Shown one piece after another: positions 26,165 to 35,967 of a stretch of 64,000 nt of DNA (position 1 is the stretch's first letter; every line of letters begins with the position of its first letter). Source of the stretch: an uncultured Verrucomicrobiae bacterium. GTDB taxonomy: Bacteria; Verrucomicrobiota; Verrucomicrobiia; Limisphaerales; Palsa-1400. The notes under the pieces were generated by a model. That model had not been told where the DNA came from and did not search any database. It saw nothing but the letters and a program-made list of their open reading frames with translations. Both the position numbers and the translations under genes were made by a program. Location of the stretch: contig CAVXRD010000002.1 of NCBI GenBank assembly GCA_963764165.1, positions 384,001-448,000 on the forward strand, read 5' to 3'.

Positions 26165-27265
26165 TTGATCTCTGTATAATATAGTGACAATATCACCAAA
26201 GCTCGGCTTGCTTCCAGAAGGCAGTGACCAATTTGGGTCTGCGCCGCATCCGGCTCAGGGCCTTGCGCCCGCAATGACTCAACTTCGCCAGGTCGGCCGC
26301 GCAAAGATTGGGCAACTCGTGCTGCTTGAAGTAACCCCAGACATACTCGGTGGGATTGAGTTCGGGCGCATAGGCAGGCAGTCGTTCCACCCAGATTTTG
26401 CCTTTCAGTTGATCCACATAGTCCCGCACCAGCCGGCTGCGGTGGATGGGACCACCGTCCCAAATGACCAGAAGCTTGCCCGGGATGTGGCGTTGCAGAT
26501 GTTTCAAGAATTCGATCACCTGCGGGCCTTTGATGGTGCCGGGGTAAAGCCGGAAGTAAAAGTTCCAGACCGTCACCCCGGCGATGATCGAAAGCTTTTT
26601 CCAGTTGAAGTCGAACTGCAATACCGGGGTCTGGCCGCGCGGCGCCCAAGTGCGAACCCGGTGCGGCTTCTGGCTCAATCCGCTCTCGTCGATGAAAACC
26701 ACGATTCGCCTCTCGCGGAGGGCTTTTTTTTAAGCTGCGGCCAGCGCACTTTGCGCCAGCGGGTGATCTCCCGCTCATGGCGCTGCCGAGCCTGGGTGGT
26801 GGGCCGCTGGCAGCTCCAACCCAGCTTTTGCAGAAGCCGGCAAACATGGTCCTCGTGGTATTGGACGCCCGTCAACCGTTGGATAACGGCGGCCACCCGC
26901 CGGGTGGTCCAAAGCTGGGTGCCAAAGTCATGGGCTTCGGGTCCCTGTTTGAGGGCCCGTTCCAACTGGCGGAAGTTCTCGTCGGTCAGGCGGGGCTTGC
27001 GCCCGGCTCGCCCAGCCTTTTTGAGAGAGGGCGCGCCATGGTCCTGCCAAGCCTTATGCCAGCGGCTGACCGATTGCCGGTGGACGCCAACTTGGCGGGC
27101 GACCTCGGCCTGGCTCAAGCCTCGGTCGAAAAGTTTGACGGCTTTCATGCGCCGCCGTTCCAGTTGTGCAAACTGCGCCAAATCGCGTTTTACGCCTTTA
27201 GGATTTCCCATACCCAAAAATTAGCATAAAAACAATAATGTGTCACTATATTATGCAGAGATCAA
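26165..27265 (-). mobile_element. complete IS630-family element (1101 bp)
   Basis: 25-bp TIRs TTGATCTCTGYATAATATAGTGACA (1 mismatch) flanked by TA on both sides. Confidence 0.93.
26193..27217 (-). CDS. IS630 transposase, HTH and DDE ORFs joined by a -1 frameshift
   Basis: HTH ORF 26675-27217; DDE ORF with FIDES, VIWDG, YAPELNPTE; A8 run at 26724-26731. Confidence 0.92.
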
Positions 27266-27272
27266 TAAATGG

Positions 27273-28247
27273 TTACTGAAGAACAAAAGCGACCGCTCCC
27301 GCCGCGGCGGCAATCAGCCAAATAAGCGCCACGGCTGTCGGCTGCCTGAAGCCCCGCCGAACCAGCCGGTGGGATAAATGATTTGTGTCGCCCACATAAA
27401 CCGGCTTTCCCATTCTCCACCGCAAAATCACCACCCAAACCAAGTCCCCGAGCGGCACCGCCAGCACCAGCAGCGGCGTGAGGACGGCGAGGGGCACAGG
27501 ATGTTTTCGCGAGTAGAAATGAGGCAAAATCGCCAGCACCGCGAGCAGATAGCCGGTCAAATGGCTGCCTGCGTCTCCCAGGAACGACGTGGCTTTTGGA
27601 TAGTTATACGGCAAAAAGCCCACCAGCGCGCCCGCTGAAATAAATGCCATCGTGGCCACCAGATACTGCCCCTCCATGGCGGCGATCAAACCAAACCACC
27701 CGGCGCCAATCACGCCGAGTCCCGCGCACAAACCATTCATGTTATCCATGAAATTCACTGAGTTGACCACCGTCAAAATCCAAAGCGCCGTCACCGCGTA
27801 GCTGAAAACGAGGCTTGGCACGAAGAGCGTTATGCGCACGCCCGCCGAGGCGACCATGAGCGCGACGATGAGTTGACCGCCAAATTTCAACGCGGGCGAC
27901 AATTCCATTTTGTCATCCAGCAAACCGATGATGAGCATGCCCAACGCTCCGGCCACCAGCAGAACCAGCCTGGTCGAACGCACGCTGAAACCGTGTTGAA
28001 ACAAACCTGCTGCGTTGGAGTGCGGCAGCGCCATTGAAATCAACGCCCCGGCGATTAGAGGGAGAACCATGCCCGTCATCACTGCCATTCCGCCTGCGAG
28101 GGCTATTGGAGTGGAGTGGATTTTCCTGTGGCCGGGGTCGTCCATGACGCCGGTTTTTTGGCACCAGCGTTTCCAAAAAGGCATGGAAGCCGCGGTAGTC
28201 ATCGCGGCAGCCAGGCAGGCGGCGGGATAGATGAGAGCGACGTTCAC
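27273..28247 (-). CDS. WecA/MraY-family polyprenyl-phosphate sugar-1-phosphate transferase
   Basis: DDPGHRKIH..P..GG, GLLDDK, NSVNFMDNMNGL, FLGDAGS, HLSHRL. Confidence 0.92.
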   Translation of the reverse strand: MNVALIYPAACLAAAMTTAASMPFWKRWCQKTGVMDDPGHRKIHSTPIALAGGMAVMTGMVLPLIAGALISMALPHSNAAGLFQHGFSVRSTRLVLLVAGALGMLIIGLLDDKMELSPALKFGGQLIVALMVASAGVRITLFVPSLVFSYAVTALWILTVVNSVNFMDNMNGLCAGLGVIGAGWFGLIAAMEGQYLVATMAFISAGALVGFLPYNYPKATSFLGDAGSHLTGYLLAVLAILPHFYSRKHPVPLAVLTPLLVLAVPLGDLVWVVILRWRMGKPVYVGDTNHLSHRLVRRGFRQPTAVALIWLIAAAAGAVAFVLQ

Positions 28248-29407
28248 GGTCGATTCGCCTTCGCCAGCTTCTGGTAAAGCTCGTAGATTCTTTCCACCAT
28301 CGTTTCAACGGCAAAATTCCGCCGGACGAATTCCTGCCCTTTTCTCCCTAATCGCTCGCGCAGCGCAGGGTCTGCCGCCAGCATTCCAAGTTTTTCCGAA
28401 AGCGTTTTTGTATCGCCGACGTCAATAAGAAATCCCGTCTCGCCGTCGAGGCAAACCTCGGCCGCCCCATCGCAATCGAAGGCAACCACCGGCCGGGCCG
28501 CCGCGAGGGCTTGCGGCAGCGCTCGCGGCAATCCTTCGCGGCGGGAGAGATGGGCCAGGGCGTCCATCACGCCGACGTAGTTGGGAATTTCGGCCGGGGG
28601 CGCCAGTCCGGCAAAAACGACATTGCTTTGCAATCCTTCGTTCCGCGCCCGCTGCTCCAGATGGGGACGGAGCGCGCCGTCGCCAACGAAAAGGAATTTT
28701 GTCCTTGGATGGCGTCTGACAATTTCCGGCGCGGCTGAAAGCAAGTCGTCATGCCCTTTCAATTTAAACAGCCGCGCGATCACACCGACGACAAAATCAT
28801 CGGGCGCCAAACCAAGTCGTGAGCGGAAGGACAAGTCATTCCGCGCGGCAAGAAACGGCGCCAAGGGGAAGCCGCTGAAAATCCGGGTGAATTGTCCCGG
28901 ACGCCCCACTCCCGCCGCGACATATTGGCGCGTCATCGCTTCCGCCACGCTGATAAAGTGCGTCGTCGAGGAGGCGGCAATTTTCTCCGCCGCGCGAAAA
29001 AGCATATTTGACAGCGCTCCCTGAAATGGACCGAACGACGGCCCATGCACAGTATGGATGATGATCGGCACCCTTGCCTTCCTTGCAGCCAGCCTGCCGA
29101 CCAGTCCTGCCTTTCCACTGTGCGTGTGAACAATGTCTGGCGAGGCATGGCGAAACGATTTGGTGAGCTGCCTCCAGGCGGCGATGTCATTCCATGGGCT
29201 GATCGGGCGCACCAGCGAAGGGAGGATTGTCAACACTTCGGGATGCGGGCGAAATAAATCCTCCAGCGACCCCTCGGGCCCTGTCGTGGGACCGGAGATG
29301 AGATCGACTTTTAGGCCGGGATAGTTCCGAAGACCCAGAACAGTGGCAATCGTATTCTCCTGCGCGCCCCCAATAACCAACCGGGTGATGACGTGGCTGA
29401 CACGCAT
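28244..29407 (-). CDS. GT4-family glycosyltransferase
   Basis: HVITRLVIGGAQ, HTHSGKAG, KGHDDL, EGLPRALPQA. Confidence 0.92.
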   Translation of the reverse strand: MRVSHVITRLVIGGAQENTIATVLGLRNYPGLKVDLISGPTTGPEGSLEDLFRPHPEVLTILPSLVRPISPWNDIAAWRQLTKSFRHASPDIVHTHSGKAGLVGRLAARKARVPIIIHTVHGPSFGPFQGALSNMLFRAAEKIAASSTTHFISVAEAMTRQYVAAGVGRPGQFTRIFSGFPLAPFLAARNDLSFRSRLGLAPDDFVVGVIARLFKLKGHDDLLSAAPEIVRRHPRTKFLFVGDGALRPHLEQRARNEGLQSNVVFAGLAPPAEIPNYVGVMDALAHLSRREGLPRALPQALAAARPVVAFDCDGAAEVCLDGETGFLIDVGDTKTLSEKLGMLAADPALRERLGRKGQEFVRRNFAVETMVERIYELYQKLAKANRP

Positions 29408-29415
29408 CCCGGAAA

Positions 29416-32364
29416 CTATTTGCTTTCGAGGCGCGCGAGCCGATTGGTGGCGGCCCGGTAGTCGGGGCCCTCCTCGGGCACGGTTTTTAGGGCTCGTTTA
29501 AGATGGTTGATCGCCTCGGCTTTGTTATTTTCAGCCTCCGCCACGGATGCGAGCCCAAATTCCTTGATGTAAGGCGCCTTGGGGAGGATTTTCCCCACCT
29601 CCTCGAAGTCCGCCCGGGCGGGCTCGAGCTGCTTGATTTCAATTTCAACCCTGGCGCGGTCCACCAGGGCGTTGTAATTCCGCGGCTGAACGTCCAGCGC
29701 CTGGTTCAAAGTCGCGAGCGCGTTGGTGTAAGCGCGAAGCTGCATCTGTATTTCTGCCTTTTTGACCAGTGCTTCAAAAATAAACGAGCTGCCATCCTCG
29801 CGTCCTGACGCCGCAATCAATTGCAGCTCTCGATCAATGCTCGACACCGCGTTTGAGAAATTGCGCGCGGATTCCTCAGGCTTGCCGGCTCGAAAAAGTT
29901 CCACCGCGTTGGCTCGGTAAAATTCCGTCAGCACGACAATCCGGCTCAAATCTTTCGGGTCCGCGGCAACGGCATCCTCCAGGATTTTTTCGGCTCGGGC
30001 CGTGTCATTCTTGGCGGTATAGGCGGCTGCTTCGCACCACATGATCTGCCACGGGCTGACCTTCCCGGAGGCTTTGACCTTGGCCAGCAGTTCCAGCGCC
30101 TGGTCTGGTTCCGGGTTGCGCCGGTAGACTTCCGTCTTGGCGAGATTGAGCATGGCCTCGGGATTGCCCGGCAGTAGTTCGAGGCAGCGCTCAAACAACA
30201 AGCTCGCCTGGTGCATATTTCCCTTCTCCGCAAAAACCTCGCCCAATTCCACGTCAAGCGCCGGTTCATCCGGCGGCCCATTCCGCCGCAATAATGTGTC
30301 CAGATTGTGGTAATAGGACAACGCCTTGGTAAAAGGCTCCACCGCTTCAATCGGCCTCGCCAGGCCTTTCTGGAGCTGCTCGTTATACTGGAGGTTGATG
30401 CTGGCAATGAAATTATTCGTATTCAGCCGCACAGCTTCGGCAAATTGATTATGCGCCTCTTTGAGATATTTCGCCTTCTGCAATTCCGTCCCCCAATAGT
30501 CCAGGGCAACGGCGCAATCCGTGGCCACCGCTTCACTATCCGGGTCCAATTTCGTTCTCTCCGCGAAATCTTTTAAGAAGCCGTTCTCGAGCCGGCCCCA
30601 GAATTCCTCGTTGGTCTTGACTTCCGAAGCCGTCACCAGCGGCGGGCGCAGCGAATTGGTGCTGTAGGGCTTCATCTCGAAAGCCAGGCCGGCCGGGCGC
30701 AAATACAAAGCCTCAAAATAATAGCCAAAACTTGGATGAAGATAATAGACCGGAAAATTCGCCGTGATCTGATACATGAAATTTATCAAGTTTGCCGATG
30801 CAAGCGTCGGAGGCAGACCCGCGATGTTGGTCGTCATCACGCTCTTCAGGCCGGAGTAACGCCCGGCCAGATACTTGATATAGTCGCGATGCTGGAAATC
30901 TGCTGTATCGATGAGGAAGTGCTCGTTCCGCAGTTTGCGGCGCTCAAAATCCGCCTGCACCAAATACAAACGCGCGGCGTCATCGCTCAGTACCACAGAC
31001 GGGCGCGAGGGCAGGCAATCCACGAGATGGTCCGCGTAGACCTTCAAGGCCTCTCCGTCGGCAGCATGAATCTTGGGGAACGTTTGCACGACCAACACCA
31101 CCGGGGCCGCAACCGCTGCGACCCAGGCCAAGCCATAAAGAACCGGGTAAAGCAGGCCTCGTATAATGCTCGGGCTTTCCCAGATCTTTATGCGGGGTTT
31201 GCCAAAAACCAGCAGCATGTAGCCGGTAAAATATCCGATCCCCAGCGCGGCTAAGTAATAAAAGGTCAGGAACGGCAGCCCCATCTCACGCATGCGGATG
31301 CTCGGGCTGTACTTGAACTCAAAAAAAGTCGCCAGCAACAGCGCCAGCATCGCGACATGGACGAGATTCAGCAGATACCTCGTGATCGTATCGCCCACCG
31401 CGCTTATTTCGCCGGCCAGCCGGGGCCACTTGATGGTCGCGAAAAAAAGCGGCACGATGGTTGGCACCGCCACCACGATCAGCATAAAGCGCGGAAAGGA
31501 TCTCAATCCATAGGACTCCGATCCCAATTCCAACTGGAGAACAGACCAAAAATCCATATGATTGTGAATTGCGGCAGCGGCTGGCAGGAGCAGGCAAAGC
31601 GGCAGGCCGGCCAACCCGCATCCAAACATTCTGACCAGAAACTTAACGTTAAAAAATCCCGCGAAACCGCGAATTGCCAACACCACCACCAGATACCACG
31701 GGAAAAAACCAACAAAGGCCCAATCATTGGTCGCCGCCAAGCCGTAAACGAAGGCCGAGCCGAGCATCCAATTGACGTTCTTCGAAACTCGATACTCCAA
31801 CAGGCAATTGACGATAAAAGCCAGGGCCAGCACATTGATCATTTCCCCGGTCGCGACAATGCTGTTTTCCCAAAACGTCAATTGCGCCCCCAGCATCAGC
31901 ACGGCGAAGAGCGCCGGCAGGATCGTCGAGCGCAGCGTCAAAATTCCGTCCGACGAATACTCGCGCTGCATCTGGTCGCGAGTGCGATCCTGGGGCCACA
32001 GGCGAACCGAGCGCGCAAGCAATCCCAGAGTCAAGGAGGCGCAGATGGCGGTAAAAATGTTCAACGCAAGGGGTTCCCACCCCGCCGGGAGCAATCGAAT
32101 GGGCGCCGTTAGAACGATGAACAGCGGAGCCATGAACTCCTGCCGCCAAATGACTGGGTACGGCTGCCAGTCCCAGCCAGTGACCTGGGCCATGACTGGG
32201 AGGCTCCGCAACGAGACCCAATGATTCAACGTCACCAGGTAAACAAGAAGCGCGCCCGCCACCACAAACCACGGCTTAAGGATCACCGGAGGCGGCAAGG
32301 TCACCATCCGCGAGTCGGGCTTGCTCTGTTGTTCCGAAGTCATGGTCGCTCGATTTTGTGGCAT
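29416..32364 (-). CDS. divergent DUF2723/TMEM260-like multi-TM protein with C-terminal TPRs
   Basis: YLVTL..., LNIFTAICASL, LTFWENS, YGLAATN, many TMs, TPR-like helices at the C-terminus. Confidence 0.7.
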   Translation of the reverse strand: MPQNRATMTSEQQSKPDSRMVTLPPPVILKPWFVVAGALLVYLVTLNHWVSLRSLPVMAQVTGWDWQPYPVIWRQEFMAPLFIVLTAPIRLLPAGWEPLALNIFTAICASLTLGLLARSVRLWPQDRTRDQMQREYSSDGILTLRSTILPALFAVLMLGAQLTFWENSIVATGEMINVLALAFIVNCLLEYRVSKNVNWMLGSAFVYGLAATNDWAFVGFFPWYLVVVLAIRGFAGFFNVKFLVRMFGCGLAGLPLCLLLPAAAAIHNHMDFWSVLQLELGSESYGLRSFPRFMLIVVAVPTIVPLFFATIKWPRLAGEISAVGDTITRYLLNLVHVAMLALLLATFFEFKYSPSIRMREMGLPFLTFYYLAALGIGYFTGYMLLVFGKPRIKIWESPSIIRGLLYPVLYGLAWVAAVAAPVVLVVQTFPKIHAADGEALKVYADHLVDCLPSRPSVVLSDDAARLYLVQADFERRKLRNEHFLIDTADFQHRDYIKYLAGRYSGLKSVMTTNIAGLPPTLASANLINFMYQITANFPVYYLHPSFGYYFEALYLRPAGLAFEMKPYSTNSLRPPLVTASEVKTNEEFWGRLENGFLKDFAERTKLDPDSEAVATDCAVALDYWGTELQKAKYLKEAHNQFAEAVRLNTNNFIASINLQYNEQLQKGLARPIEAVEPFTKALSYYHNLDTLLRRNGPPDEPALDVELGEVFAEKGNMHQASLLFERCLELLPGNPEAMLNLAKTEVYRRNPEPDQALELLAKVKASGKVSPWQIMWCEAAAYTAKNDTARAEKILEDAVAADPKDLSRIVVLTEFYRANAVELFRAGKPEESARNFSNAVSSIDRELQLIAASGREDGSSFIFEALVKKAEIQMQLRAYTNALATLNQALDVQPRNYNALVDRARVEIEIKQLEPARADFEEVGKILPKAPYIKEFGLASVAEAENNKAEAINHLKRALKTVPEEGPDYRAATNRLARLESK

Positions 32365-32372
32365 TGCCGGGA

Positions 32373-33527
32373 TTATGGCAAGGCTAGACGCGCCGCCCTA
32401 AGGTCGGCGACGCATTCGACGTGCTGAGTTTGAGGAAACATATCCAGCGGGATTATTCGCTTCACCGTAAAGACACCCTCACCGCACAATATGTTCAAGT
32501 CGCGCGATAATGTTGCAGGATGGCACGAAACGTAGAGCACCTGGCCAGGGCGCGTTTTCCTCAAAACCTCAAGCATTTCCGGCGGGCAGCCCGTTCGGGG
32601 CGGGTCGAGAATGACCGTCGTGGCTTCCGGCTTGAAACGCCCCAACATGCGGGGCAGGAACGCCTCGGTTCGTCCGGCCAGGAATTGTCCGTTGGCCAGC
32701 CCGCGAGCGGCGGCGTTCCGCCTGGCTGCCTGAATGGCGGCTGTATCCACTTCGACACCGGCGAATTCCTCGACCAGCCCGGCTAGTTCAATGCTGAAAA
32801 AACCGACGCCGCAATAGGCATCGATCAAATACCGGGAGCCGCTGTCTTTCAAGCGCGAAGCGACCGCTTCGACCAATTTTGGCAGCAAGAAGAAATTGTT
32901 TTGGAAAAACGAATCTCGCGGAACATCCCACCCTTCCGCCGCGGCGCGCAAGACGACTTTGATGCCGCCTTTGGGAGGCGGGGATTGGCGGACTAATTTG
33001 ATCTGCTCGTTGAGCGCCGGCTCGGCAATTTTGCATTCCTCAATGTCCACCACCAGCCGGTTGTCGGACCGAAGAAATCCGATGTTCAGCCCCTGCTTGA
33101 ATTTATCCCACTGCGAACGGATCATGATCCGGTTGCGGTATCCGTAAGGCTCGGGGCATGGAACCACAGGATCAACAATCGCAGGGTCAATGCCGCCGAT
33201 ACGCTGAAATAAATCGCAAGCTTGCTTGTGCTTCATCGCCAACTGCGCGGGATAGGCGATGTGCTGGTACTGGCACCCTCCGCATTCACCGAAGTACGGG
33301 CACAACGGCTGAACACGATCCGGCGAAGGCTCTATCACCTTCAGCAGGCGCGCGCGGCCAAACCGCTTCTTGACCTCCAGCAATTCGGCCTCAACCGTTT
33401 CTCCGAGCGCAACAAACGGAACAAAGACAACAAAGTCGTTCAGTCGCCCCACCCCTTCTCCGCCGAAGGCAATGTCATCAATGGTCAAACGCACTGTTTG
33501 ACCCGGAGCAACAGTCGGATTTTCCAC
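32373..33527 (-). CDS. rlmD: RlmD/TrmA-family RNA (uracil-5)-methyltransferase with TRAM domain
   Basis: CPYFGECGGCQYQH, FFQNN, DAYCGVG, LDPPRTG, YVSC, DMFPQTQHVE. Confidence 0.88.
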   Translation of the reverse strand: MENPTVAPGQTVRLTIDDIAFGGEGVGRLNDFVVFVPFVALGETVEAELLEVKKRFGRARLLKVIEPSPDRVQPLCPYFGECGGCQYQHIAYPAQLAMKHKQACDLFQRIGGIDPAIVDPVVPCPEPYGYRNRIMIRSQWDKFKQGLNIGFLRSDNRLVVDIEECKIAEPALNEQIKLVRQSPPPKGGIKVVLRAAAEGWDVPRDSFFQNNFFLLPKLVEAVASRLKDSGSRYLIDAYCGVGFFSIELAGLVEEFAGVEVDTAAIQAARRNAAARGLANGQFLAGRTEAFLPRMLGRFKPEATTVILDPPRTGCPPEMLEVLRKTRPGQVLYVSCHPATLSRDLNILCGEGVFTVKRIIPLDMFPQTQHVECVADLRAARLALP

Positions 33528-33546
33528 GGTTTGGGGAATTTGATGC

Positions 33547-35532
33547 TTACGCCACCGCAGTAAGACGAGCGGTGGCCGGCTCTTTGGAGAGCGCAGCCTT
33601 GACCCGTTCCACGGTGTTTTGCGCCGTCAAACCATACTTCTCGCGAAGATGGTCAACGGTGGTGGCGTGCTCAATAAATTGATCGGGCCAGGCAATGCGT
33701 TCCACCGGCGTCGTGATGTGCTTTTCGCTCAACAATTCGATCACGCTGGCTCCGTAACCTCCGGGCAGCACATGATCTTCCAGTGTCACCACCAATTCCG
33801 CCGAACGGGAGAAGAAGTCGGTTGTTCCGGCGTCGATGGGCTTGGTGAAACGCGGGTTGATGACCGCGCAATCGTATCCCTCGGCGATGAGTTGCGAGGC
33901 TGCTTTCTCGGCGACGGAATGCATGTTGCCCAAGCCAAACAAAGCGACCTTCTTGCCGCCCTGGCCGGAGAAATTCCGCGTGACTTCGGCTTTGCCAATG
34001 TCGATTAACGCCGGTTGATCTTTAATCGTCACACCTTCGCCAGCGCCGCGGGGATAACGAATGAATATTGGGTGCTTCGAGTGCGTGGCGGTGAACATCA
34101 TATCGGCCAATTCGTCCTCATTGCGCGGCGCCATGGCAATGATGTTAGGCACGCAGCGCAGGTAGGCGATATCAAACAATCCGTGATGGGTCGGGCCGTC
34201 GTTGGCGGAAAGCCCGGCGCGATCCATGCAGAATATGACCGGCAAATCCTGCAAGGCCACATCATGCAGGATGCAATCGTAAGCGCGCTGCAAGAAGGTC
34301 GAGTAAATCGCGACCACCGGACGGAACCCCATCGTCGCCATTCCCGCCGCAAAGATCACAGCGTGCTCCTCGGCGATGCCGACGTCGTAATAACGGCGCG
34401 GCATGGCCCGCTCCAGCGCTTTCAAACCGGTGCCGGTCGGCATTGCGGCGGTGATTCCCACAATGGAATTGTCCTTCAGGCACAACTTGACCATCGTTTG
34501 CCCGAATACGTCCTGATACGCGGGCGGCGTGCCTGGTTTCGCGGCGGGAGTGTTGCCGGTAATGGGATCGTAAGGCCCGAGACCGTGAAATTTTTCGGGA
34601 TGCGTCAGTGCCGCTTCGTAGCCTTTTCCCTTCTTGGTGAGAACGTGCAGCACCACCGGTTTGTCACACGTCTTGGCATATTCCAGCGTGCTGATCAGCA
34701 ACGGCAAATCGTGACCATCGATCGGGCCCAAATAGCGCATTCCCATTTCCTCAAAAATCAGGCTGTTGCCATGCCCGCCGCGGCCATCCGGATCGACGCG
34801 CTCTGTATTTGGCTGCATCGAAACTCCCGCCACCGCGCTCTTGAGCGCTTCTTCCGCCTTGTGTCCGATTTTCATGGCGAGGTCGCCCTTCGGAAAGCGC
34901 TTGGCGAACTTTTCAACGTCCCGTTGAAGCTGATTGTAGCGCGGATTGGTGATGAGCTTGTTGAGATAACCCGAAATGGCGCCGACGTTCTTGGCAATGC
35001 TCCATTCGTTGTCGTTAAGAATGCCAATGAAACGCTTGGTGGTATGGGCGATGTTGTTCAATCCTTCAAATGAGATGCCGTTCGTCAACGCCGCATCTCC
35101 AAAAATACAGACCACATTCTCATCCGATCCGCGCTGGTCGCGAGCCGCGCACATCCCCAAAGCCGCCGAGATGGCGGTGCCGGCATGCCCGGCGCCATAA
35201 CAATCATGCTCGCTCTCCGTGCGCAAAGAGAAACCGTTGAGGCCGTTGGTCGTGCGAATCGTGTCAAATCGATTTTTCCGGCCCGTCAACAGCTTGTGAA
35301 CGTAGCTCTGATGGCTGACATCCCATACAAACTTGTCGACCGGCGTGGAGAACACGCGGTGCAAAGCGATGGTCAACTCCACCACACCCAGGTTTGGGCC
35401 GAGATGACCGCCATATTTGGCAAGCTTGTTGATGAGCTCGTAGCGGATTTCCTCGGCTAGCTGCGTCATTTGTGGCAGCGTTAAGTTTTTGACGTGCGAT
35501 GGATGGTCTACCATGTCGAGATAACGATTCAT
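33547..35532 (-). CDS. dxs: 1-deoxy-D-xylulose-5-phosphate synthase
   Basis: GGHLGPNLG, WDVSHQSY, GDAA..LNDNE, GPIDGHD, DVGIAEEHA, DGPTHHG. Confidence 0.97.
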   Translation of the reverse strand: MNRYLDMVDHPSHVKNLTLPQMTQLAEEIRYELINKLAKYGGHLGPNLGVVELTIALHRVFSTPVDKFVWDVSHQSYVHKLLTGRKNRFDTIRTTNGLNGFSLRTESEHDCYGAGHAGTAISAALGMCAARDQRGSDENVVCIFGDAALTNGISFEGLNNIAHTTKRFIGILNDNEWSIAKNVGAISGYLNKLITNPRYNQLQRDVEKFAKRFPKGDLAMKIGHKAEEALKSAVAGVSMQPNTERVDPDGRGGHGNSLIFEEMGMRYLGPIDGHDLPLLISTLEYAKTCDKPVVLHVLTKKGKGYEAALTHPEKFHGLGPYDPITGNTPAAKPGTPPAYQDVFGQTMVKLCLKDNSIVGITAAMPTGTGLKALERAMPRRYYDVGIAEEHAVIFAAGMATMGFRPVVAIYSTFLQRAYDCILHDVALQDLPVIFCMDRAGLSANDGPTHHGLFDIAYLRCVPNIIAMAPRNEDELADMMFTATHSKHPIFIRYPRGAGEGVTIKDQPALIDIGKAEVTRNFSGQGGKKVALFGLGNMHSVAEKAASQLIAEGYDCAVINPRFTKPIDAGTTDFFSRSAELVVTLEDHVLPGGYGASVIELLSEKHITTPVERIAWPDQFIEHATTVDHLREKYGLTAQNTVERVKAALSKEPATARLTAVA

Positions 35533-35804
35533 TGGATTTGCTCCGGCGGCGTTAACGGCTTCAAAGCCAGGCCACCTTTGGCAGTTTTCTCTAATTGTTG
35601 AATTTTCAATTCAGCTTCGGTCAATTTTTCCTGACAAACGACTGCAAGGCGAGAACCTTCCTCATAACGTGCCAGCAAAGTTTCCAAAGGCAAGTCCTGC
35701 CCTTCCATGGATTCCACAATCGACTCCAGTCGTTTGAGGGCATCCTCGAAGGGCAGATTCTCGGATTCGTTTGCCGGCTTGTCCGCACCCGCAGCGTTAG
35801 ACAT
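35529..35804 (-). CDS. xseB: exodeoxyribonuclease VII small subunit
   Basis: FEDALKRLESIV..LPLE..YEEG..L..AE; overlaps the dxs start. Confidence 0.93.
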   Translation of the reverse strand: MSNAAGADKPANESENLPFEDALKRLESIVESMEGQDLPLETLLARYEEGSRLAVVCQEKLTEAELKIQQLEKTAKGGLALKPLTPPEQIQ

Positions 35805-35880
35805 GAAGCCACATTATCCGAAGCGGAGCGGCGCGTCGAGAGAGAATGGGAGGAACAGGGCAGACGCATCTTAATTCCGC

Positions 35881-35967
35881 GGTAGCGCCTCGCCGAGGCG
35901 TCCGGTTGCGCGTGAAAATGCTTCTGGCGTTGTGCGTGAATAACGCCTCACCCCGGACGCCTCGGCG
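35881..35967. repeat. GTAG-type REP doublet (family B); second arm interrupted by IS1182
   Basis: GGTAGCGCCTCGCCGAGGCGTCC ... GGACGCCTCGGCG[IS]AGGCGTCCCTACC. Confidence 0.8.
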
